Shown piece by piece: positions 1 to 12,092 of a DNA stretch of 64,000 nt. The notes below the pieces were generated by a model that searched no databases, was not told where the DNA came from, and worked only from the letters and a program-made list of their open reading frames with translations. Each line of letters begins with the position of its first letter. Position 1 is the first letter of the stretch. The position numbers and the translations under genes were made by a program. Origin of the DNA: Bugula neritina (Eukaryota; Animalia; Bryozoa); assembly GCA_964035545.1 (NCBI GenBank), contig CAXIUT010000183.1, positions 1,488,001 through 1,552,000 of the forward strand, in the 5' to 3' direction.

Positions 1-3000
1 ACTGAAATATACTGCGACACCTAGCAATATACTGTAACATACTGAAATATGCTCTAGCACACTGAAATACAATGCAACTTACTGAAATATACTGCAAGAT
101 ACTGAAATACACTGCAACATCCTACAATATGCTGAAATACACTGTAACACATTGAAATACACTGCAACACTTTGAAATATACTGCAACATACCGAAATAT
201 ATGGTAAACTACTGCAACATACTACAACATACTGAAATACACAGTAACATACTGAAATAAACTGCAACATACTACAACATATTGAAATACACTGCAACAC
301 ATTGAAATATACTGCAACATACCTAAATATACGGTAATATACTGAAATTCGCTGTAACGCATTGCAAAATACTGCAACATACTGAAATTCACTGCGACAC
401 ACTGAAATACGCTGCAAAATACTACAACATACTGAAATAAACTGTAACATGTTGAAATACACTGCAACACATTGAAAAATACTGCAACATACTGAAATAT
501 ACTGTAACACACTGAAATATACTGCAACATACTGAAATACATTGTAACATACTGAAATAGACTGCAACATACTGAAATACACTGCTACATACTGAAATAT
601 ACTGCAACATAGTGCAACATACTGCAATACACTGTAAAATACTGAAATACACTGCAACATACTACAACATATTGAAATACACTGCAACACATTGAAATAC
701 ACTGCAACTTACCGAATATATGGTAAACTACTGAAATATACTGTAACGCATTGAAAAGTACTGCAACATACTGAAATATATTGCGACACATTGCAATAAA
801 CTGTAACATACTGAAAAATGCTGTAGCACACTGAAATACACTGCCTTTCACTGAAATATACTGCAACATACTGAAATACACCGCAACATCCTACAACATA
901 CTGCAACACACTACAACATATTGAAATACACTGCAACACATTGAAATATACTGCAACATACCTAAATATACGGTAATATACTGAAATATACTGTAACACA
1001 CCGAAATATACTGCAACATACTGAAATACACTGTAACATACTGAAATATACTGCAACATACTGAAATACACTGCTACATACTGAAATATACTGCAACATA
1101 CTGAAATATACTGTAACACACTGAAGTACACTGCAACTCACTGAAATATACTGCAATATACTGAAATACACTGCAACATCCTACGAAATGCTGAAATACA
1201 CTGTAACATATTGAAATACACTGCAACACATTGAAATATACTGCAACATACCGAAATATATGGTAAACTACTGAAATATACTGTAACACATTGAAAAAAA
1301 CTGACATACTGAAATATACTGCGACACCTAGCAATATACTGTAACATACTGAAATATGCTCTAGCACACTGCAATACAATGCAACTCACTGAAATATACT
1401 GCAACATACTGAAATACACTGCAACATCCTACAACATGCTGAAATACTCTGTAACATATTGAAATACACTGCAACACTTTGAAATATACTGCAACATACC
1501 AAAATATATGGTAAACTACTGCAACACACTACAACATATTGAAATACACTGCAACACATTGAAATATACTGCAACATGCCTAATTTTACGGTAATATAAT
1601 GAAATATACTGTAACACACCGAAATATACTGCAACATCCTGAAATACACTGTAACAAACTGAAATATACTGCAACATACTGAAATACACTGCTACATACT
1701 GAAATATACTGCAACATACTGCAACATACTGAAATACACTGTAACATAATGAAATAAACTGCAACATACTACAACATATTGAAATACACTGCAACATACT
1801 GAAATACACTGCAACACACTGAAATACACCGCAAAATACTACAACATACTGAAATACACTGTAACATATTGAAATCCAGTGCAACACATTGAAATATACT
1901 GCAACATACCGAAATATATGGTAAACTAATGAAATATACTGTAACGCATTGAAAAATACCGTAACATACTGAAATATACTGCGACACATTGCAATATACT
2001 GTAACATACTGAAATATGCTGTAGCACACTGAAATACACTGCAACATCCTACAACATACTGAAATACACTGTAACATATTGAAATACACTGCAAGAAATT
2101 GAAATAGGCTGCAACACAACAAAATATATGGTAAACTACTGAAATAGACTTTAACACATTGAAAAATACTGCAACATACAGAAATATACTGTAACACACT
2201 GAAATATACTGCAACATACTGAAATACACTGTAACATACTGAAATATACTGCAACATACTGAAATACACTGCTACATACTGAAATATACTGCAACATACT
2301 GCAACATGCTGCAACATACTGAAATACGCTGTAACATACTGAAATACACTGCAACATACTACAACATATTGAAATACACTGCAACACATTGAAATGTACT
2401 GCAACATACCGAAATATACGGTAATATACTGAAATATACTGTAACACATTGAAAAATACTGCAACATACTGAAATACACTGCAACACACTGAAACACACC
2501 GCAAAAAACTACAACATACTGAAATACACTGTAACATATTAAAACATACTGCAACATACTGCAACATACTGAAATACACTGCAACACACTGAAATATACC
2601 GCAAAATACTACAACATACTGAAATACACTGTAACATATTGTAATACACTGCAACACATTGAAATATACTGCAACATACCGAAATATATGGTAAACTAAT
2701 GAAATATACTGTAACACATTGAAAAATACCGCAACATACTGAAATATACTGCGACACATTGCAATATACTGTAACATACTGAAATACACTGCAACATCCT
2801 ACAACATACTGAAATACACTGTAACATATTGAAATACACTGCAACACATTAAAATATACTGCAACATAACAAAATATATGGTAAACTACTGAAATAGACT
2901 TTAACACATTGAAAAATACTGCAACATACTGAAATATACTGTAACACACTGAAGTATACTGCAACATACTGAAATACACTGTAACATACTGAAATATACT

Positions 3001-6000
3001 GCAACATACTGAAATACACTGCTACATACTGAAATATACTGCATTGTACTGCAACATACTCCAGCATACTGAAATACACTGTAACATACTGAAATACACT
3101 GCAACATACTACCACATATTGAAATACACTGCAACACATTGAAATGTACTGCAACATACCGAAATATATGGTAAACTACTAAAACATACTGTAATATATC
3201 GAAAAATACTGCAACATACTGAAATATACTGCGACACCTAGCAATATACTGTAACATACTGAAATATGCTCTAGCGCACTGAAATACAATGCAACTTACT
3301 GAAATATACTGCAACGTACTGAAATACACTGCAACATCCTACAATATGCTGAAATACACTGAAACATATTGAAATACACTGCAACACTTTGAAATATACT
3401 GCAACATACCGAAATACATGGTAAACTACTGCAACATACTACAACATATTGAAATACACTGCAACACATTGAAGTATACTGCAACATACCTAAATATACG
3501 GTAATATACTGAAATATACTGTAACACATTGAAAAATACTGCAACATACTGAAATATACTGTAACACACCGAAATATACTGCAACATACTGAAATACACT
3601 GTAACATACTGAAATATACTGTAACATACTGAAATACACTGCAACACATTGAAATATACTGCAACATACCGAAATATATGGTAAACTAATGAAATATACT
3701 GTAACACATTGAAAAATACCGCAACATACTGAAATATACTGCGACACATTGCAATATACTGTAACATACTGAAATATGCTGTAGCACACTGAAATACACT
3801 GCAATATCCTACAACATACTGAACTACACTGTAACATATTGAAATACACTGCAACACATTGAAATATACTGCAACATACCGAAATATATGGTAAACTAAT
3901 GAAATATACTGTAACACATTGAAAAATACCGCAACATACTGAAATATGCTGCGACACATTGCAATATACTGTAACATACTGAAATATGCTGTAGCACACT
4001 GAAATACACTGCAATATCCTACAACATACTGAACTACACTGTAACATATTGAAATACACTGCAACACATTGAAATATACTGCAACATAACAAAATATATG
4101 GTAAACTACTGAAATAGACTTTAACACATTGAAAAATACTGCAACATACAGAAATATACTGTAACACACTGAAATATACTGCAACATACTGAAATACACT
4201 GTAACATACTGAATTATACTGCAACATACTGAAATACACTGCTACATACTGAAATATACTGCAACATACTGCAACATGCTGCAACATACTGAAATACGCT
4301 GTAACATACTGAAATACACTGCAGCATACTACAACCTATTGAAATACACTGCAACACATTGAAATGTACTGCAACATACCGAAATATACGGTAATATACT
4401 GAAATATACTGTAACACATTGAAAAATACGGCAACATACTGAAATACGCTGCAACACACTGAAACACACCTCAAAAAACTACAACATACTGAAATACACT
4501 GTAACATATTAAAACATACTGCAACATACTGCAACATACTGAAATACACTGCAACACACTGAAATATACCGCAAAAGACTACAACATACTGAAATACACT
4601 GTAACATATTTAAATACACTGCAACACATTGAAATATACTGCAACATACCGAAATATATGGTAAACTAATGAAATATACTGTAACACATTGAAAAATACC
4701 GCAACATACTGAAATATACTGCGACACATTGCAATATACTGTAACATACTGAAATATGCTGTAACATACTGAAATATACTGCAACATACTGAAATACACT
4801 GCTACATACTGAAATATACTGCAACATACTGAAATACACTGTAACATACTGAAATATACTGCAACATACTGAAATACACTGCTACATACTGAAATATACT
4901 GCAACATACTGAAATATACTGTAACACACCGAAATATACTGCAACATACTGAAATACACTGTAACATACTGAAATATACTGCAACATACTAAAATACACT
5001 GCTACATACTGAAATATACTGCAACATACTGAAATATACTGTAACACACTGAAGTACACTGCAACACATTGAAATATACTGCAACATACCTAAATATACG
5101 GTAATATACTGAAATTCACTGTAACGCATTGCAAAATACTACAACATACTGAAATAAACTGTAACATATTGAAATACACTGCAACACATTGAAAAATACT
5201 GCAACATACTGAAATATACTGTAACACACTGAAATATACTGCAACATACTGAAATACACTGTAACATACTGAAATACACTGCAACATACTGAAATACACT
5301 GCAACATACTGAAATACACTGCAACACACTGAAATACACCGCAAAATACTACAACATACTGAAATACACTGTAACATATTGAAATCCAGTGCAACACATT
5401 GAAATATACTGCAACATACCGAAATATATGGTAAACTAATGAAATATACTGTAACACATTGAAAAATACCGCAACATACTGAAATATACTGCGACACATT
5501 GCAATATACTGTAACATACTGAAATATGCTGTAGCACACTGATATACACTGCAACATCCTACAACATACTGAAATACACTGTAACATATTGAAATACACT
5601 GCAAGAAATTGAAATAGACTGCAACACAACAAAATATATGCTAAACTACTGAAATAGACTTTAACACATTGAAAAATACTGCAACATACAGAAATATACT
5701 GTAACACACTGAAAAATACTGCAACATACTGAAATACACTGTAACATACTGAAATATACTGCAACATACTGAAATACACTGCTACATACTGAAATATACT
5801 GCAACATACTGCAACATGCTGCAACATACTGAAATACGCTGTAACATACTGAAATACACTGCAGCATACTGCAACCTATTGAAATACACTGCAACACATT
5901 GAAATGTACTGCAACATACCGAAATATACGGTAATATACTGAAATATACTGTAACACATTGAAAAATACTGCAACATACTGAAATACACTGCAACACACT

Positions 6001-9000
6001 GAAACACACCGCAAAAAACTACAACATACTGAAATACACTGTAACATATTAAAACATACTGCAACATACTGCAACATACTGAAATTCACTGCAACACACT
6101 GAAATATACCGCAAAATACTACAACATACTGAAATACACTGTAACATATTGAAATACACTGCAACACATTGAAATATACTGCAACATACCGAAATATATG
6201 GTAAACTAATGAAATATACTGTAACACATTGAAAAATACCGCAACATACTGAAATATACTGCGACACATTGCAATATACTGTAACATACTGAAATATGCT
6301 GTAGCACACTGAAATACACTGCAATATCCTACAACATACTGAAATACACTGTAACATATTGAAATACACTGCAACACATTGAAATATACTGCAACATAAC
6401 AAAATATATGGTAAACTACTGAAATAGACTTTAACACATTGAAAAATACTGCAACATACTGAAATATACTGTAACACACTGAATTATACTGCAACATACT
6501 GAAATACACTGTAACATACTGAAATATACTGCAACATACTGAAATACACTGCTACATACTGAAATATACTGCAACATACTGCAACATACTGCAACATACT
6601 GAAATACTCTGTAACATACTGAAATACACTGCAACATACTACAACATATTGAAATACACTGCAACACATTGAAATGTACTGCAACATACCGAAATATACA
6701 GTAATATACTGAAATATACTGTAACACATTGAAAAATACTGCAACATACTGAAATACACTGTAACATACTGAAATATACTGCAACATACTGAAATACACT
6801 GCTACATACTGAAATATACTGCAACATACTGAAATATACTGTAACACACTGAAGTACACTGCAACTCACTGAAATATACTGCAATATACTGAAATACACT
6901 GCAACATCCTACAAAATGCTGAAATACACTGTAACATATTGAAATACACTGCAACACATTGAAATATACTGCAACATACCGAAATATACGGTAATATACT
7001 GAAATATACTGTAACACACCGAAATATACTGCAACATACTGAAATACACTGTAACATACTGAAATATACTGCAACATACTGAAATACACTGCTACATACT
7101 GAAATATACTGCAACATACTGCAACATACTGAAATACACTGTAACATGATGAAATAAACTGCAACATACTACAACATATTGAAATACACTGCAACACATT
7201 GAAATATACTGCAACATACCTAAATATACGGTAATATACTGAAATATACTGTAACACATTGAAAAAACTGCAACATACTGAAATACACTGCAACACACTG
7301 AAATACACCGCAAAATACTACAACATACTGAAATACACTGTAACATATTGAAATCCAGTGCAAAACATTGAAATATACTGCAACATGCCGAAATATATGG
7401 TAAACTAATGAAATATACTGTAACACATTGAAAAATACCGTAACATACTGAAATATACTGCGACACATTGCAATATACTGTAACATACTGAAATATGCTG
7501 TAGCACACTGAAATACACTGCAACATCCTACAACATACTGAAATACACTGTAACATATTGAAATACACTGCAAGAAATTGAAATAGACTGCAACACAACA
7601 AAATATATGGTAAACTACTGAAATAGACTTTAACACATTGAAAAATACTGCAACATACAGAAATATACTGTAACACACTGAAATATACTGCAACATACTG
7701 AAATACACTGTAACATACTGAAATATACTGCAACATACTGAAATACACTGCTACATGCTGAAATATACTGCAACATACTGCAACATGCTGCAACATACTG
7801 AAATACGCTGTAACATACTGAAATACACTGCAACATGCTACAACATATTGAAATACACTGCAACACATTGAAATGTACTGCAACATACCGAAATATACGG
7901 TAATATACTGAAATATACTGTAACACATTGAAAAATACTGCAACATACCGAAATATATGGTAAACTAATGAAATATACTGTAACACATTGGAAAATACCG
8001 CAACATACTGAAATATACTGCGACACATTGCAATATACTGTAACATATTGAAATATGCTGTAGCACACTGAAATACACTGCAACATCCTACAACATACTG
8101 AAATACACTGTAACATATTGAAATACACTGCAAGAAATTGAAATAGACTGCAACATAACAAAATATATGGTAAACTACTGAAATAGACTTTAACACATTG
8201 CAAAATACTGCAACATACAGAAATATACTGTAACACACTGAAATATACTGCAACATACTGAAATACACTGTAACATTCTGAAATATACTGCAACATACTG
8301 AAATACACTGCTACATACTGAAATATACTGCAACATACTGCACAATACTGCAACATACTGAAATACACTGTAACATATTGAAGTACACTGCAACACATTG
8401 AAATATACTGCAACATACCAAAATATATGGTAAACAACTGAAATATACTTTAACACATTGAAAAATACTGCAACATACTGAAATATACTGCGACACTTTG
8501 CAATATACTGTAACATACCGAAATATGCTCTAGCACACTGAAATACACTGCAACTCACTGAAATATACTGCAACATACTGAAATACACTGTGACATCCTG
8601 AAATATACTGCAACATTCTGAAATACACTGCTACATACTGAAATATACTGCAACATACTGCAACATACTGAAATACACTGCAACATACTACAACATACTG
8701 AAATACGCTGCAACACATTGAAATATACTGCAACATACCTAAATATACGGTAATATACCGAAATATACTGTAACGCATTGCAAAATACTGCAACATACTG
8801 AAATACACTGCGACACACTGAAATACGCTGCAAAATACTGCAACATACTGAAATACACTGTAACATATTGAAATACACTGCAATACATTGAAAAAGTAAT
8901 GCAATATACTGAAATATACTGTAACACACTGAAATATACTGCAACATACTGAAATACACTGTAACATACTGAAATATACTGCAACGTACTGAAATACACT

Positions 9001-10225
9001 GCTACATACTGAAATATACTGTAGCATACTGCAACATACTGAAATACACTGTAACATACTGAGATACACTGTCGCATACTGCAACATATTGAACTACACT
9101 GCAACACATTGAAATATATTGCAACTTATCGAATATATGGAAAACTACTGAAATATACTGTAACGCATTGAAAAAGACTGCAACATACTGAAATATATTG
9201 CGACACATTGCAATATACTGTAATTTACTGAAAAATGCTGTAGCACACTGAAATATACTGCAATTCGCTGAAATATACTGCAACATACTGAAATACACCG
9301 CAACATCCTACAACATACTAAAATACACTGTAACATTTCGAAATACACTGCAACACATTGAATTATACTGCAACATAACGAAATATATGGTAAACTACTG
9401 AAATATATTTTAACAAATTGAAAAATACTGCAACATACTGAAATATACTGTAACACACTGAAGTATACTGCAACATACTGAAATACACTGTAACATACTG
9501 AAATATACTGCAACATACTGAAATACACTGCTACATACTGAAATATACTGCAACATACTGCAACATACTGAAATACACTGTAACATACTGAAATACACTG
9601 CAACATACTACCACATATTGAAATACACTGCAACACATTGAAATGTACTGCAACATACCGAAATATATGGTAAACTACTAAAATATACTGTAACACATTG
9701 AAAAATACTGCAACATACTGAAATATACTGCGACACCTAGCAATATACTGTAACATACTGAAATATGCTCTAGCACACTGAAATACAATGCAACTTACTG
9801 AAATATACTGCAACATACTGAAATACACTGCAACATCCTACAATATGCTGAAATACACAGTAACATATTGAAATACACTGCAACACTTTGAAATATACTG
9901 CAACATACCGAAATATATGGTAAACTACTGCAACATACTACAACATACTGAAATACGCTGCAACACATTGAAATATACTGCAACATACCTAAATATACGG
10001 TAATATACCGAAATATACTGTAACGCATTGCAAAATACTGCAACATACTGAAATACACTGCGACACACTGAAATACGCTGCAAAATACTACAACATACTG
10101 AAATAAACTGTAACATATTGAAATACACTGCAATACATTGAAAAAGTAATGCAATATACTGAAATATACTGTAACACACTGAAATATACTGCAACATACT
10201 GAAATACACTGTAACATACTGAAAT
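1..10225. repeat. 10-bp-monomer satellite array, left part (ACTGAAATAY / ACTGYAACAY, 20-bp dimer); continues beyond the left edge
   Basis: Uninterrupted decamer periodicity from base 1 (actgaaatat actgcgacac ... actgtaacat actgaaatat ...). All monomers are in the same orientation, with only occasional 1-3 bp phase slips. Confidence 0.99.
3640..4085. repeat. 210-bp tandem duplication within the satellite
   Basis: The rare variant string GCAATATCCT ACAACATACT GAACTACACT occurs at 3801 and 4011. Confidence 0.85.
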
Positions 10226-10244
10226 CACAGGATAGTTAAGGGCA
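10226..10244 (+). repeat. Left terminal inverted repeat (19 bp)
   Basis: CACAGGATAGTTAAGGGCA, exact reverse complement of 10963-10981. Confidence 0.97.
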
Positions 10245-10296
10245 ACCTTTTAGCTGCAACTGCCTTGCTGAGGTTTGCATTGTAATCATATAAGAA

Positions 10297-10584
10297 TTCA
10301 GTACCAGTAAAATAAAATCTCACCTAATTGTGCTAGAGTCAAAATTTAAAAACTATGTTGTAGATCTTCTTTTTCTCCAGTGTAAGTTTTTTGGAAATTT
10401 CAATTTTCATTTTTTTTGCGAAGTTATAGACAAAAAACTGCCAAATTTTGGCCAATTTTGCCTGAAAAGCTGACTTTTCAGTACCAGTAAAATATCTCAG
10501 CAGCAAAGCATGATATCTGAATAAAAATTGCACTGCTGGAATCCTGAGATATTTCTCCAGTGTAAGTTTTTTTCTTTTTTCAAT
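10297..10584 (+). repeat. Internal direct repeats of the transposon, 180-bp period (box A and box B)
   Basis: Box A TTCAGTACCAGTAAAATA at 10297-10314 and 10477-10494. Box B TTTCTCCAGTGTAAGTTTTTT at 10372-10392 and 10552-10572, each followed by TTTCAAT at the same offset. Confidence 0.9.
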
Positions 10585-10962
10585 AACTCTGCTAGATTGC
10601 TCATAAATTGGTGATTTATACACTGAAAATGCCATATTTTCTCATAAGAAACTAACAGCACGCAGCACTTCACGCTTCACTGAGCACGTAGGGATGAGAA
10701 GATATTGGCGCCTACATAATAATTACAGGCTAGCTAGCTGGCAGGCTATAATGAATAGCTTGCTCTGTACTTTGTTTATGTAGCACCAATAATGGAATGT
10801 TGATAGATAACGCAGCCCTAACGAAGGTTGCTGCTTATTGGTTGTAGTTTAATCTTAGGCTAAACAATTACAAGTAGGCAACACGCATGCCACCCGCAGA
10901 GCAATATTATTCAAAAACCTGAACTACATTTTGAGAGAAATTTATGATATTCTTAGTGAAGA

Positions 10963-10981
10963 TGCCCTTAACTATCCTGTG
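10963..10981 (-). repeat. Right terminal inverted repeat (19 bp)
   Basis: TGCCCTTAACTATCCTGTG, exact reverse complement of 10226-10244. Confidence 0.97.
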
Positions 10982-10983
10982 AT
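10982..10983. other. Probable 2-bp target-site duplication (AT; partner at 10224-10225)
   Basis: Filled site GAAAT[element]ATATACTGC versus empty site GAAATATACTGC. A 758-bp element TCACAG...CTGTGA with no TSD is formally equivalent. Confidence 0.75.
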
Positions 10984-12092
10984 ATACTGCAACGTACTGA
11001 AATACACTGCTACATACTGAAATATACTGTAGCATACTGCAACATACTGAAATACACTGTAACATACTGAGATACACTGTCGCATACTGCAACATATTGA
11101 ACTACACTGCAACACATTGAAATATATTGCAACTTATCGAATATATGGAAAACTACTGAAATATACTGTAACGCATTGAAAAAGACTGCAACATACTGAA
11201 ATATATTGCGACACATTGCAATATACTGTAATTTACTGAAAAATGCTGTAGCACACTGAAATATACTGCAATTCGCTGAAATATACTGCAACATACTGAA
11301 ATACACCGCAACATCCTACAACATACTAAAATACACTGTAACATTTCGAAATACACTGCAACACATTGAATTATACTGCAACATAACGAAATATATGGTA
11401 AACTACTGAAATATATTTTAACAAATTGAAAAATACTGCAACATACTGAAATATACTGTAACACACTGAAGTATACTGCAACATACTGAAATACACTGTA
11501 ACATACTGAAATATACTGCAACATACTGAAATACACTGCTACATACTGAAATATACTGCAACGTACTGCAACATACTGCAACATACTGAAATACACTGTA
11601 ACATACTGAAATACACTGCAACATACTACCACATATTGAAATACACTGCAACACATTGAAATGTACTGCAACATACCGAAATATATGGTAAACTACTAAA
11701 ATATACTGTAACACATTGAAAAATACTGCAACATACTGAAATATACTGCAACACCTAGCAATATACTGTAACATACTGAAATATGCTCTAGCACACTGAA
11801 ATACAATGCAACTCACTGAAATATACTGCAACATACTGAAATACACTGCAACATCCTACAATATGCTGAAATACACAGTAACATATTGAAATACACTGCA
11901 ACACTTTGAAATATACTGCAACATACCGAAATAAATGGTAAACTACTGCAACATATTACAACATACTGAAATACACTGCAACACATTGAAATATACTGTG
12001 ACATACCTAAATATACGGTAATATACTGAAATATACTGTAACACATTGAAAAATACTGCAACATACTGAAATATACTGTAACACACCGAAAT

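Larger units (their letters stand above)
10226..10981. mobile_element. 756-bp non-autonomous TIR DNA transposon (MITE-like), probably CMC/EnSpm(CACTA)-type
   Basis: Only non-satellite block in the window. Its ends are perfect inverted repeats CACAGGATAGTTAAGGGCA ... TGCCCTTAACTATCCTGTG, flanked by AT on both sides. The paralogous empty site at 8971-8990 reads GAAATATACTGCAACGTACT. The paralog offset changes from 1250 to 2008 across the element (758 = 756 + 2). No transposase ORF. The superfamily call is inferred from the CAC...GTG ends plus a 2-bp TSD. Confidence 0.92.
8680..11970. repeat. ~1,250-bp tandem duplication; the second copy carries the transposon
   Basis: The rare variant CAATACATTGAAAAAGTAATG occurs at 8881 and 10131 (offset 1250). 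Matching ORFs at 9002 and 11010 have offset 2008 (1250 + 758). Confidence 0.85.

Noticed and set aside
10297-10572. Mini-CRISPR (repeats with unique spacers)
   Set aside because: Only two copies each of two different boxes, spacers of 57 and 84 bp, no cas genes, and a satellite/transposon context.
10474-10630. Satellite derived from the transposon (TTTTCAGTA is the reverse complement of TACTGAAAA; ATACACTGAAA near 10618)
   Set aside because: Matches of only 8-11 bp in AT-rich sequence, no tandem decamers inside the element, and this insertion is younger than the array.
10339-10635. 98-aa ORF inside the transposon as a transposase remnant
   Set aside because: Short and Lys/Phe-rich from A/T runs. 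The repeated KKLTLEK simply translates box B (180 is divisible by 3). No DDE or DNA-binding motif is recognisable.
10700-10845. Promoter (ATTGG/CCAAT at 10704, 10786 and 10837; TATAA near 10747)
   Set aside because: Short motifs expected by chance in AT-rich DNA, with no associated gene or transcript evidence.
10226-10981. RAG/Transib-like element with RSS ends (CACAG terminus; nonamer-like TCAAAAACC at 10911-10919)
   Set aside because: The terminal heptamer is CACAGGA, not CACAGTG. There is no nonamer 12 or 23 bp inward, the nonamer-like string is in the wrong orientation and distance for the right end, and the empty site excludes a 5-bp TSD.
10225-10982. Helitron (5' TC start, insertion between A and T without TSD)
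   Set aside because: Formally compatible with the junctions, but there is no CTRR 3' end or subterminal GC-rich hairpin, and long perfect terminal inverted repeats favour a cut-and-paste element.
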